From Planctomycetota bacterium (GTDB lineage Bacteria > Planctomycetota > UBA11346): a DNA stretch of 54,456 nucleotides. Shown here in pieces: positions 8,869 through 18,062 of this stretch. The position numbers and the translations under genes are program-made. The notes under the pieces were generated by a model that worked only from the letters and a program-made list of their open reading frames with translations, was not told where the DNA came from and made no database searches. Every line of letters begins with the position of its first letter. The stretch's first letter is position 1. The DNA is taken from positions 1-54,456 of the forward strand of contig JAYVSL010000163.1 in NCBI GenBank assembly GCA_043775355.1. Direction: 5' to 3'.

Positions 8869-10089
8869 TCATTCCTTCGTAACCAGCGCTTGAGCTTGCT
8901 TCGCATAATATCCGTCGGGAAATTTCTTGACGAAACCGTCAACCATTTTGGCAAAGCGTGGATCTTTACGTTCAACATACGAAAAGGCTTTGAGCTTCTG
9001 AAATGCTTGGCCAGCGGCATAGGCTGGATCTTTTTTGAGTTCGGCAGCCATGTCCTTATAGGTTTTCACCACGGCCGTATCGCCGCCTGTATAGGCCGTC
9101 GTCATGCCGCTGGCGAATTCGTTCGCCACAAATACGTCGCCTTCTTGGCGTAATCGCGCGATTTCGGCATCAATGCCATCCTTCCACGCAGTAACCACGG
9201 CCATACTCGCGGTGGCCGCCTCTGCGGTTTTTTCATTCTTATCCGTCAGCAGTTTTTCTAACGACTTGGTACCCATTCCGACTTTGCCACTGACGATAAC
9301 CTCCTCAATTTTGGCTACCTTGGCGATCATCGATGGTTTGGTGAAGTTCGGCACCAATCGCGACGGATCTTCCTGTAACATTTTTTTGACCGTATCAATA
9401 ATCGCATCCGCCCAAATCTGGTAACCCTTGGCGTTGGGATGAAGGGCATCCGGCATAATATCTTTGCCGAGAGTACCATCTGGGGTAAGAAAACTTTGGC
9501 CGATATCCTGATAGACGATGCGACGATTATCTGCGTAGGTTGCGATGATTTTATTGACCTGATCGTTTCGCTCGCGCCCAGCTGGTTTTTCACCACGCGG
9601 GAAAATGCCAAGCAACAAAATCTTACTGATCGGAGAGCGCTGGTTGATGTCGTGAATAATCGTTTTGATACCGAGCGCCACGTCTTCCGCCGGATCGCCA
9701 TTATTCGTGCCAATCATCAGCACCACCAACTTCGGCTGAATCCCTTCCAGTTCACCATGGCGTAAGCGCCAAATAACGTGCTCGGTGCGATCACCGCTGA
9801 TACCGAAATTGGCGGCTTTCAGCGGCGAAAAATATTTATCCCAGATGGACTTGCCCTCACTACGCCAGCCATCCGTAATCGAGTCACCCGTAAAAAGCAC
9901 ATCCACGCCACCGGCTTTGGCGACCGTGAGGAACCCATCATGCCGCCCACGATCTTTTTCTTCAGGAATAGTGGTCTTTGGTCCTTTGCCCGCATCGGCG
10001 GCCTGGGCTAGTCCTCCTCCCAACACGCACAGAGCTAACAGTGCCAGCCACCAGGGTTGAACAGATCTTGATAATTTCGGGGTAATCAT
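8869..10089 (-). CDS. Secreted GDSL/SGNH hydrolase (PAF-acetylhydrolase-like) with a C-terminal helical extension
   Basis: Signal peptide ending AQA; blocks GDSIT, NFGISGD, IGTNN, DALHP. Start placed at MITPK. Confidence 0.9.
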   Translation of the reverse strand: MITPKLSRSVQPWWLALLALCVLGGGLAQAADAGKGPKTTIPEEKDRGRHDGFLTVAKAGGVDVLFTGDSITDGWRSEGKSIWDKYFSPLKAANFGISGDRTEHVIWRLRHGELEGIQPKLVVLMIGTNNGDPAEDVALGIKTIIHDINQRSPISKILLLGIFPRGEKPAGRERNDQVNKIIATYADNRRIVYQDIGQSFLTPDGTLGKDIMPDALHPNAKGYQIWADAIIDTVKKMLQEDPSRLVPNFTKPSMIAKVAKIEEVIVSGKVGMGTKSLEKLLTDKNEKTAEAATASMAVVTAWKDGIDAEIARLRQEGDVFVANEFASGMTTAYTGGDTAVVKTYKDMAAELKKDPAYAAGQAFQKLKAFSYVERKDPRFAKMVDGFVKKFPDGYYAKQAQALVTKE

Positions 10090-10313
10090 GCCTGGATCCT
10101 GGTGAGCATCATCGACAAGCCAACCATGAGCTGAGCGCCCACGTACGCAGGGCAATACACTCGACATATCACCATGTTGCAGCACTCGCGCGTTCGCTAC
10201 TGCTGCGAGCAGCGATGTGACTCTGATGATGAATCCATGGGAATTGGTGGAATTTCCCACAATGTTCCGCTGGCGCTGGCGCTACCCTAGCCATCAAACC
10301 TATGGAGTTCTCC

Positions 10314-10691
10314 ATGTCTTTCCGCCCATGCTCGTGCTTATTGCTCATGAGTCTGCTGCTACCGATAAGTTGGAGCGCAGACAAAACCGACACCACGACT
10401 CCAGCTCCAGCTGCCACAGCTCCAGCTGCCACAGCAATCGATGCCGTGAAGGTCGCCTTCGGCATCATGGCGCTCTCAGACGATCGACACTCGTTCACCA
10501 TGACCGGCCCCAAGGGCGAGATGTTGAATCTGAAAATTACCACTCAGACAGCGATCACGCGAGACTTAAAGCCAGTCGCCCTGACCGCTCTCGCGCTCAC
10601 GCAACAAGTACGCATCACCTATCGCGATGACATTGCACTGACGATTGATCAGCTTGCGCCTGAGAAAAAGAAAAAGAAGAAAACCGTCTAA
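10314..10691 (+). CDS. Secreted hypothetical protein with poly-Lys C-terminus
   Basis: GGAG RBS, signal peptide, small beta-rich domain, KKKKKKTV end. Confidence 0.7.
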   Translation: MSFRPCSCLLLMSLLLPISWSADKTDTTTPAPAATAPAATAIDAVKVAFGIMALSDDRHSFTMTGPKGEMLNLKITTQTAITRDLKPVALTALALTQQVRITYRDDIALTIDQLAPEKKKKKKTV

Positions 10692-10834
10692 ATAACACAT
10701 CGTCACCCATCGGCTCAAACAATCACCGATGGGGAGTCGTTTCGTCAGCTTCATATTTACGCTCAGCTTTTACGCTCAGCTTTTACACTCAGACAAGCCG
10801 CTTAGTCGTCGCTTAGTCGTCGCTTAGTCGCGGC

Positions 10835-11575
10835 TTAATCGTCGGCTTGATCTTTCGCGGCGCTCTTCTTCGCCGATTCGTCCAGATACATGATCGCGTT
10901 GCTGCCACGCTCGATCACCAATTTGCCCATGCGAATCTGCTCAATCATGTTGTGACTGATGATGCTGCCATAAGCCGTGCTACGGCTCTTCGGATCTATG
11001 CGCATCAACGGCATCTTATGATTGGCCTTCACTAAGCGCTCATAAGCCTCAAGAAAGGCAGGTTCAATGGTGCCGCGAATTTCGTCATAGCGCTTCTGCA
11101 GCACCTGTTCTTCTTGCGTTGGTTTCGCTGCCGCCGAATTGCTTGATTTAACGTCGTTGGCTTTAACCGTCAGCGCGGCCGCTTGTTCCTTGGCAGCTTT
11201 GGCTTTGGCTTCGAGGGCTTCAATCTTGCCACCCAATTCCTTGACGCTGGCTTCTCGATTGGCTTTTTCGAGCTTGGCCGCTTCGATGCCGTTGATGATG
11301 ACCATATATTCTTTGTTGGTCTTGGCATTCATCTGCTGAGAACGTAAGTCAGCGATGGTGGTATCGCAGCGGGCGACATCGGTGGTATATTGACGGATCA
11401 ATGCGCCAAGCTTTTCGACTTCGGCCGTGGCAGCAGCAGCGCTGGCCGTAGCGGCTTCAGCTGCTTTACCGGCATCATCGACCTGACCGTTTTGTTGTTC
11501 ACGAGCCTTTTTCAGCGTCAGCCGCTTTTTGTCGATCACTTGGAGGTCGAGCAAGGCTTCAATGCTGGAATTCAT
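10835..11575 (-). CDS. CT398/HP0958-like coiled-coil plus zinc-ribbon family protein, ribbon lacking cysteines
   Basis: LLDLQVID start, AKTNKEY motif, long coiled coil, LEAYERL, terminal ..IMYL; GGAGG RBS before MNSSIE. Confidence 0.8.
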   Translation of the reverse strand: MNSSIEALLDLQVIDKKRLTLKKAREQQNGQVDDAGKAAEAATASAAAATAEVEKLGALIRQYTTDVARCDTTIADLRSQQMNAKTNKEYMVIINGIEAAKLEKANREASVKELGGKIEALEAKAKAAKEQAAALTVKANDVKSSNSAAAKPTQEEQVLQKRYDEIRGTIEPAFLEAYERLVKANHKMPLMRIDPKSRSTAYGSIISHNMIEQIRMGKLVIERGSNAIMYLDESAKKSAAKDQADD

Positions 11576-11756
11576 GATGCGAAGACCTCCGGGGCGCCGG
11601 ATGATCAGCGCTGAGTCCGAGTGGCCAAGAGGAAACTCCCGGTTGGGCTGGAATCGCCTCCCGAACCGACATCTGCTCGTGGCCAGGATCGGAAGTCGCG
11701 CCATTGCCCTCTGCGTACTGTCTACGCAAATCCGCGCGGTCCGCGCAGAGGGGCAA

Positions 11757-11785
11757 TTGACCTCCCGCAGTCGCGTACCCATAGT
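11757..11785 (+). promoter_or_regulatory. Putative sigma70 promoter for the kinase operon
   Basis: TTGACC-N17-CATAGT, about 90 nt upstream of the kinase ATG. Confidence 0.45.
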
Positions 11786-11874
11786 GCGCCGCCATCTGCC
11801 GCAGGTGGTGCCGCATTGTACGGTGTTGCCATTGCAAGGCGCTTTTCCTACCACGGAACCGACCCAAGGGACGC

Positions 11875-13881
11875 ATGGCCGACGCTTCTGCCGCAGTACC
11901 ACAGTCATCGCCGTCATCGCCGCCTTCGCCGCCTTCGCCGCAGTCTTCGCGCGCTGACGAACACGATTATCCCATGGTGGGCGAGACGCTCGGTCTGTGG
12001 CGATTAGTACGCGGACTTGGCCGCGGCGGTATGGGCGAGGTCTACGAAGCGGAATACGACTACATTCACTTGCTGTCGCTACGTTACGGCATCGAACAAC
12101 GCGACATGATTCGTCAGGAATTAGCGGCGATCACGCGCAACGATCAGGCGTTGTTGGCCGGCGAAATGTTGGGCACGAATTTGCCGCCCGATGCGCATTT
12201 CGCGATTAAAGTATGCAACGCACGCAATGGTACGGCGGGGCACAAACGTTTCTTAATGGAAGCCGAAGTTGCCCAACGCCTGGGCGATCATCCGTACATC
12301 GTCACCGTTCATGCGGTCAACGGCGGCCTTGACGAACATCAGGGACCGGCGCGACGCCTTGACCTTGATCGCGGCAAATACCGCGACGTGGCCTTTATGG
12401 TCATGGATCTGGCGACGCGCACGTACGACCACTGCAAGCTCACGATTTTGGAATCGGTGTATGTCGTGCGCTGCATTGCCACGGCGCTCGATCACGCCCA
12501 TCGTCATGGCATTATTCATCGCGATTTGAAACCAGAAAATATTCTTGGGCCGATTGAACATCCGCTGCTGACTGACTTCGGCATCGCCAAAGAAATTGAT
12601 CAAACCGACGGCCTGACGCGCACCGGACAAATCATCGGCACGCTCGACTATATGTCGCCAGAGCAAGCCACCGACGCCAAACGCGTCGATCATCGCAGTG
12701 ATATTTATTCGCTGGGCGTGGTATTGTACGAAATGTCGACCCAGGGTTGCCTGCCCTATTCACACAAACTTGACCGCGACACTTGCTTGGCGGCCATTCG
12801 CAGTGAACGCTACGAACCACGGTGGCCGCGTGAATACAAACTCGATTTCCCGCCGTCGTTAGAGCGCTGCATTTTAAAAGCCATGTCGCACAACATGGAA
12901 AATCGCTATCAAGCGATGAGCGAATTCATCACCGACCTGGATCGCTTTTCTCGCGGTGAACGCATTCCATTCTTGGGACGGGTCAAGGTAAAGAGTTGGC
13001 TGCGTTTCCAGTTAAGACGTCGACCCAAGTTAATCTGGGGCGGCGGCATATTGATCGCAGCCACATTGTTGATCGCGCTGATCCTATGGACGCGTAGCGC
13101 GCTCGATGAAACTCGTTGGAGTCTGAAAACGCAACTCGACGCTTTAGAAAAAGTTGTCTTGGCAGTGGAAGAACGACGTCAGCCGCAGCCAAATCGCGAG
13201 GAACTCAAAATCATCCCGACCATCGACGGGTACTTACAACCTTTGTCAAAAGATCGCTACACGGAAGAACGTAAGCGACGCCAAGATCTACTCACCCGCC
13301 TCGACAGCAGTCGATGGTTGCGAGTACAATTTGCTGGCTCGCTGAATGGTCGCCCGCTGAGCGCGCAAGACCGCAACACCGCAATAGACCAACTCCAAGT
13401 GGCTGCCCAAGCAGTTGACCCGCAATGGATCCTGGAGGGCACCGATGGTTTATTGATTTATGAAACCACCACGCTGTCACTGGGACCCTACGGCACCGGT
13501 AACGTGTATTGTATCATCCGTCTATCGACGAGTGACGATTTTAAATTGGCCGTCCACGAAAGTGCAGATGTACGTCATCTCACCACCTGGACTTTAGGCC
13601 AAGGCAAATTGTCCTTGATGAGGAAAGAAGATGAAAAACCCACCGAGGAACTTCACAGCGAGCTGCTCGCCACCAACCGCTCAAGTTATGACCTCAGTAT
13701 TTTCCTCGAACTGAAACCCGACGAAATCCGCTCGTGGTGGCCCCTTAATGGTGGGGTCAAAGAATTCCGTTTCCCAGGTAAAGCTGGCTTGCGCACAGGA
13801 GCACCAGCGAAAGTCGAATTAACCCTCCCCAAAGGGAGCCGCGTGCGCTCACTAGAAATTTGGACCAAAGGTCCGCCGTAA
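11875..13881 (+). CDS. Membrane-anchored Hanks-type Ser/Thr protein kinase
   Basis: GRGGMG, AIK, HRDLKPEN, DFG, YMSPE, DIYSLG; single TM helix LIWGGGILIAATLLIALILW; C-terminal extracytoplasmic region. Confidence 0.95.
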   Translation: MADASAAVPQSSPSSPPSPPSPQSSRADEHDYPMVGETLGLWRLVRGLGRGGMGEVYEAEYDYIHLLSLRYGIEQRDMIRQELAAITRNDQALLAGEMLGTNLPPDAHFAIKVCNARNGTAGHKRFLMEAEVAQRLGDHPYIVTVHAVNGGLDEHQGPARRLDLDRGKYRDVAFMVMDLATRTYDHCKLTILESVYVVRCIATALDHAHRHGIIHRDLKPENILGPIEHPLLTDFGIAKEIDQTDGLTRTGQIIGTLDYMSPEQATDAKRVDHRSDIYSLGVVLYEMSTQGCLPYSHKLDRDTCLAAIRSERYEPRWPREYKLDFPPSLERCILKAMSHNMENRYQAMSEFITDLDRFSRGERIPFLGRVKVKSWLRFQLRRRPKLIWGGGILIAATLLIALILWTRSALDETRWSLKTQLDALEKVVLAVEERRQPQPNREELKIIPTIDGYLQPLSKDRYTEERKRRQDLLTRLDSSRWLRVQFAGSLNGRPLSAQDRNTAIDQLQVAAQAVDPQWILEGTDGLLIYETTTLSLGPYGTGNVYCIIRLSTSDDFKLAVHESADVRHLTTWTLGQGKLSLMRKEDEKPTEELHSELLATNRSSYDLSIFLELKPDEIRSWWPLNGGVKEFRFPGKAGLRTGAPAKVELTLPKGSRVRSLEIWTKGPP

Positions 13882-13995
13882 GTTTTCTTGCACATGGGCA
13901 GGCCTCGCGCGATGTCGTCCCTGCCCGATCGCGTCTGGGCAACCCCAGGCGGGTTCAACCTTGCGGCTTTCTGGTCGCGGCAAGAATCCTCCGCC

Positions 13996-14391
13996 ATGTC
14001 TGAGTTACCTGATCTTGATGCGCTGGCCGAGGCCTCTGGTGGTTACACGCCTGAAGCTTTTGCCTTTGTTGGTGAGAGCTTGCGTCACGCTGCGCGCCTG
14101 TTTGGCAAAGATTCAGGTGAGCGCGAAAATCGTCATTTGATGGCTAACGAATTGGTCGAAGGCGTGCTTGACCTTGCCACCAATCGTTTCGGCCTGATGG
14201 CGGAATTGGTGCTGCGCGAATGGGGCGTCAAATGCGCCGAAGATGTCGGACGCATTACTTTCGCGCTGATCGAAGTCGGAGTGTTCAGCAAACAACCGAC
14301 TGATCGCTTAGAAGATTTCATTCGTGGGCCCGACTTTGGTGACGCGTTGACTCAGCGTTCACGCCAGCGTCTTTGTCCGAACGTGGCGTAA
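13996..14391 (+). CDS. Minf_1886-family (Verrucomicrobia/Planctomycetes-restricted) protein
   Basis: YTPEAFAFV..RHL..EL..FGLMA..VLREWGV...DVGRITFALIE.G..SKQPTDRLEDF pattern. Confidence 0.8.
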   Translation: MSELPDLDALAEASGGYTPEAFAFVGESLRHAARLFGKDSGERENRHLMANELVEGVLDLATNRFGLMAELVLREWGVKCAEDVGRITFALIEVGVFSKQPTDRLEDFIRGPDFGDALTQRSRQRLCPNVA

Positions 14392-14395
14392 ACAG

Positions 14396-16174
14396 ATGGA
14401 ACCTCTGCTGCGCCATCCCTGGGTGCGAGTGCTGCTGATTGCCACCACCGTCGCCATGTGTTCGTTGGCGTTGCGTGAAACGGCGTCCATCACCTTGCCG
14501 ATTATCAGCGCTCTGAAACAGGTGCTGGTCCCGGTGGCGATCGGTTTCACCATCGCCTACGTCCTCACGCCGATTGTCGATTGGTTGACCCTGCGAGTGC
14601 GGGTGCCGCGCAGTATTGCCGCCGGATTATTATTCGGCTTATTTTGCGTCACCCTCGCTTTGTCGGTCATGTTGGTCGTGCCCACGGTGGTGCGTCAATC
14701 GACCAGCATGGCAGAACGCGTGTTCAAAGGTGAGCCGTTTACCGACATCAATGGCAATGGCCGCTATGACGAGGGCGAACCGTACCTCGATGCTAACGGC
14801 AATAATCGCTACGATGAAAAAGGTATGTTTGCCAGCGCGTTGAATTGGATCGCTGAGCGGCAAGGCCAGCTACGGCAATTTGCCAAGCTCGAAATTGATC
14901 GCCCAGGGCGCGCCTTTTTAGTGTTGTACTTGAACGAAACCGCCAACGAACGAGCGACCATTGATCTGGCATTGTCAGCAGCACGTGACAATCGTTCGGT
15001 AGACTTATGGCCAGCAGCTCTGCGCAAAGATCCCGCCGCCGATGCGCCCTTATCGTGGAATTCCGCGTGGCCGGGTGTCAGCCGAGCGGCCGTCGATGAC
15101 GCCTATAGCAAATTAGTGCCCGAGGTGCGTGAACGCTGGATGCGCAATCTTGCTACTGCAGGCCAAGCTTATGCCGCCAAACATAGTGAATTACTTGCCG
15201 CTTTGCGCTTAGTGCGACACGGCAAAGACGTCATGCAAGACGATCCGCTCCATCGCATGAGTGATCGAGTGCGCTCGTCCTTACAACTCGTGCCGCCAGA
15301 GGATGTCAGTAAAATCGCACTCGCCTTTGCTGCGCGTCTGGGTGACGACGAGCGTGAGGGCCAACAAGCCGCGCGCGAATTGCTCAGTGAATTACGTGGC
15401 GATGACAGCTCATCACAATGGATCGCGCCTGTCGTGCAAAATCTTGAACGCGAAATGAACACCCAACTGGACGCGTTACCAGGACGTCTGGGTGGCTGGG
15501 CCACCAGCGGACTCACGAGTTTCGACCAAGTGCTGACACTAAGCCTCGATGTCTTATTGGTGCCGATCTACGCATTTTTCCTCATTCTCGCCATGCCTGC
15601 GATTCGTGGTGGCGTTCGGCAATATTTACCCATGTGGCATCGCGACCAACTCATTCGCATTTTGCGTGATATCGAAAAAGTCGTCGCGGCATTTTTCCGT
15701 GGTCGCCTGATCGTGTCGCTGATTTGCGCGATACTCACCTACGTCGGTTTCTTGGCCGTTGGCCTGACCGGAACCGGAGTGCCTTACGCCGCGCTCTTTG
15801 GTTTGCTGATTGGCTTAGCTACTGCCATTCCACTGGCGGGATTACTCTTTTTAATACCTGCTTTAATCATGACTGGCTTGGATGGTGGAACTGGCTTGAC
15901 CGTTGGTCTTTTGATCACGGTTTATGTCATCGTTCAACTATTAGAAACTGTCGTACTGACTCCGACCATCATGGGCCGCGAGGTCGAGCTGCATCCGGTC
16001 ACCCTGATCATTGCCCTGCTGTTATGCGGAAAGCTCTTGGGCGTTTTGGGATTAATCTTGGCCGTGCCGATTGCGGCAACCTGTCGCATCGTCGCGCGTG
16101 AATTTTTCTGGCCATGGTTAACCGGCTACGTCACTATGGTTCGGCCTGCGGTGCGGGTACCGCCACCACAATGA
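14396..16174 (+). CDS. AI-2E family transporter with a large soluble insert carrying Dx[DN]GNG Ca-binding-like loops
   Basis: N-terminal IAYVLTPIVDWL; C-terminal FFRGRLIVS..VQLLE..LTPTIMGREVELHPV..LLGVLGLILAVPIAA. Confidence 0.9.
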   Translation: MEPLLRHPWVRVLLIATTVAMCSLALRETASITLPIISALKQVLVPVAIGFTIAYVLTPIVDWLTLRVRVPRSIAAGLLFGLFCVTLALSVMLVVPTVVRQSTSMAERVFKGEPFTDINGNGRYDEGEPYLDANGNNRYDEKGMFASALNWIAERQGQLRQFAKLEIDRPGRAFLVLYLNETANERATIDLALSAARDNRSVDLWPAALRKDPAADAPLSWNSAWPGVSRAAVDDAYSKLVPEVRERWMRNLATAGQAYAAKHSELLAALRLVRHGKDVMQDDPLHRMSDRVRSSLQLVPPEDVSKIALAFAARLGDDEREGQQAARELLSELRGDDSSSQWIAPVVQNLEREMNTQLDALPGRLGGWATSGLTSFDQVLTLSLDVLLVPIYAFFLILAMPAIRGGVRQYLPMWHRDQLIRILRDIEKVVAAFFRGRLIVSLICAILTYVGFLAVGLTGTGVPYAALFGLLIGLATAIPLAGLLFLIPALIMTGLDGGTGLTVGLLITVYVIVQLLETVVLTPTIMGREVELHPVTLIIALLLCGKLLGVLGLILAVPIAATCRIVAREFFWPWLTGYVTMVRPAVRVPPPQ

Positions 16175-16264
16175 GTACGCTGATTCATTGCGCTCACCAA
16201 TATGAGATGTCATTTTTGGTGATGAACTCGCCGGTAAGATGCGAAGTACGAAAAGACAGTATCC

Positions 16265-17308
16265 ATGCGTCGTGACCTTGAACGTCTTTTGGATGCTAAT
16301 GGTAATCGCGCGGCCGAAGGCCTGCGCGTACTTGAAGACGTCGCTCGTTTTTTATTAGACGATCGCGCCTTAGCTGAACTGGCTAAAAATCAGCGACATA
16401 CCTTGCGCGCAGCTATTCCACCCTCCGCCATCGCCGCGCGCGATACGGCCGGCGATGTTGGGACGACCATCACCGCTGGCGATGAAATGCAGCGTGCCCG
16501 TTTGGTCGATCTGATTCGCGCCAATGCTGCGCGTGCGCAAGAAGCCCTCCGCGCGGCCGAAGAAGGCTGCAAACTGGCGGGCTTATTGCCCTGTGCGAGT
16601 CAGATCGAAGCCACGCGTTATGCGGTTTATCGCCTAGAAACTGGCATGCTTGCGCGCCTTCCCGCCTGGCGCTTGCATCAAATCCGACTCTACGCGTTGA
16701 TCGATACCAGTCTGACCGACGATCCGGTAAAAGTTGCTAGTGCCGTTGCGCGCGGTGGCGCGGGCGCCGTGCAATTGCGCGCAAAAAATCTCACTCAACG
16801 GGCTTATCAAGAACTCGCACTGCGCGTACAAGATGCCGCGCGTACGGCTGGAGCCCTCTTCATCGTCAATGACCACGTCGCCGTCGCACGCGCCATCGCT
16901 GCTGACGGCGTCCACGTTGGACAAGATGATCTGACGTTGCCTGACACGCGTGCCGTCGTTGGCCCGTCTTGTGCCATTGGAATTTCTGCTCATACGCCCG
17001 AACAAGTCGAAAACGGTTTGCTCGCTGGCGCGGATTACCTCGGCCTTGGCCCCATGTTTGCCACCAGCACCAAGCCGCATGAACCTGAACGAGGGCCAGG
17101 GTTGCTCGACGCCGTACGCGCGCGGCTGCAATCGCCGCAAGGCCGTCCGAGCTACGCTATCGGCGGTTTAGATGCAGAGCGCATCGCCGCGCTCAAACCG
17201 CGTTTGCCCCATGGTGCCGCCGTCGCGGGAGCCCTATGCCGCGCCAGCGATCCCGAGCGTGCAGCCGCTGAGCTGTTGCTGCTGTTGGATCCCGAGGAAT
17301 TTCCGTGA
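16265..17308 (+). CDS. thiE: Thiamine-phosphate synthase with N-terminal ThiD2 domain
   Basis: RLLDANGNRAAEGLRVLED..RDTAGDVG (ThiD2); VQLRAK, FIVND, DGVHVGQDD, GPMFATSTK, AIGG. Confidence 0.93.
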   Translation: MRRDLERLLDANGNRAAEGLRVLEDVARFLLDDRALAELAKNQRHTLRAAIPPSAIAARDTAGDVGTTITAGDEMQRARLVDLIRANAARAQEALRAAEEGCKLAGLLPCASQIEATRYAVYRLETGMLARLPAWRLHQIRLYALIDTSLTDDPVKVASAVARGGAGAVQLRAKNLTQRAYQELALRVQDAARTAGALFIVNDHVAVARAIAADGVHVGQDDLTLPDTRAVVGPSCAIGISAHTPEQVENGLLAGADYLGLGPMFATSTKPHEPERGPGLLDAVRARLQSPQGRPSYAIGGLDAERIAALKPRLPHGAAVAGALCRASDPERAAAELLLLLDPEEFP

Positions 17309-17583
17309 ACCCTGAAACCAATAGCGATGTCACGCTCGCTCCGCGACTGTGGCGCTTCGGTTTCGTCCAACTCATCCAAGTCCCCGTGTTGCTGCTCGCC
17401 ATCTTTGGCGTCGAACCATGGGCACTGTGGACCGCCGCGACCATTGGTTCGATCATCTGCGCCGGAGGTACCGACTCGACGACTGGCCCTGGGCAAAAAC
17501 TCGCACGCTGGTTGAATCGCGTGCTCATCTTGCAGGCCATTCTTTGGCTCACCGCCGCTCTGGTGTTGGGCCTACCTTCTTAG
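17305..17583 (+). CDS. Small membrane protein (about 3 TM helices)
   Basis: GTGA overlap with the thiE stop; hydrophobic segments. Confidence 0.6.
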   Translation: MNPETNSDVTLAPRLWRFGFVQLIQVPVLLLAIFGVEPWALWTAATIGSIICAGGTDSTTGPGQKLARWLNRVLILQAILWLTAALVLGLPS

Positions 17584-17623
17584 TCAATTTCCTAGTCGAC
17601 ATTCACCCAACCACGAGAACCAC

Positions 17624-18034
17624 ATGGTCACTTTCACGATTTCCTACGACGGCGAACTCCGTTGCAGCGCCACGCACGGTCCCAGCAATACCGTCATCGC
17701 TACCGATGCGCCGAAAGATAATCACGGTCGTGGCGAAACTTTTTCGCCCACCGATCTCACCGCGACCTCTTTTGCAACCTGCATTATCACCACTATGGCG
17801 ATTCAAACGCGCAACGACGGAATCACCCTCAAGGGTATTCGCGCGCAGGTGGAAAAACACATGACCACCACGCCGCCACGTCGCATCGCACGCTTGGTCG
17901 CACGCATCGCCATGCCCACCGGCATTCCCGTCATCGCCCGCGAAAAATTAAGCAAGATCGCGCACGCATGCCCCGTGGCATTGTCGCTTCATTCGGACGT
18001 GATTCAGGAAATTTCTTTCATTTACCCGGATTGA
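17624..18034 (+). CDS. OsmC family protein
   Basis: TDAPKDNHGRGETFSPTDL..ATC..CPVALSL with two conserved Cys. Confidence 0.92.
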   Translation: MVTFTISYDGELRCSATHGPSNTVIATDAPKDNHGRGETFSPTDLTATSFATCIITTMAIQTRNDGITLKGIRAQVEKHMTTTPPRRIARLVARIAMPTGIPVIAREKLSKIAHACPVALSLHSDVIQEISFIYPD

Positions 18035-18062
18035 TAAGGGAAAGCTAGGGAAACGCCGTCAA

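Noticed and set aside
11576-11917. Upstream extensions of ORFs 10835..11917, 8869..10260, 19617..20630, 29399..30199 and 44437..45408
   Set aside because: Better starts with an RBS, signal peptide or stop/start overlap lie downstream, and several extensions overlap neighbouring genes or promoters.
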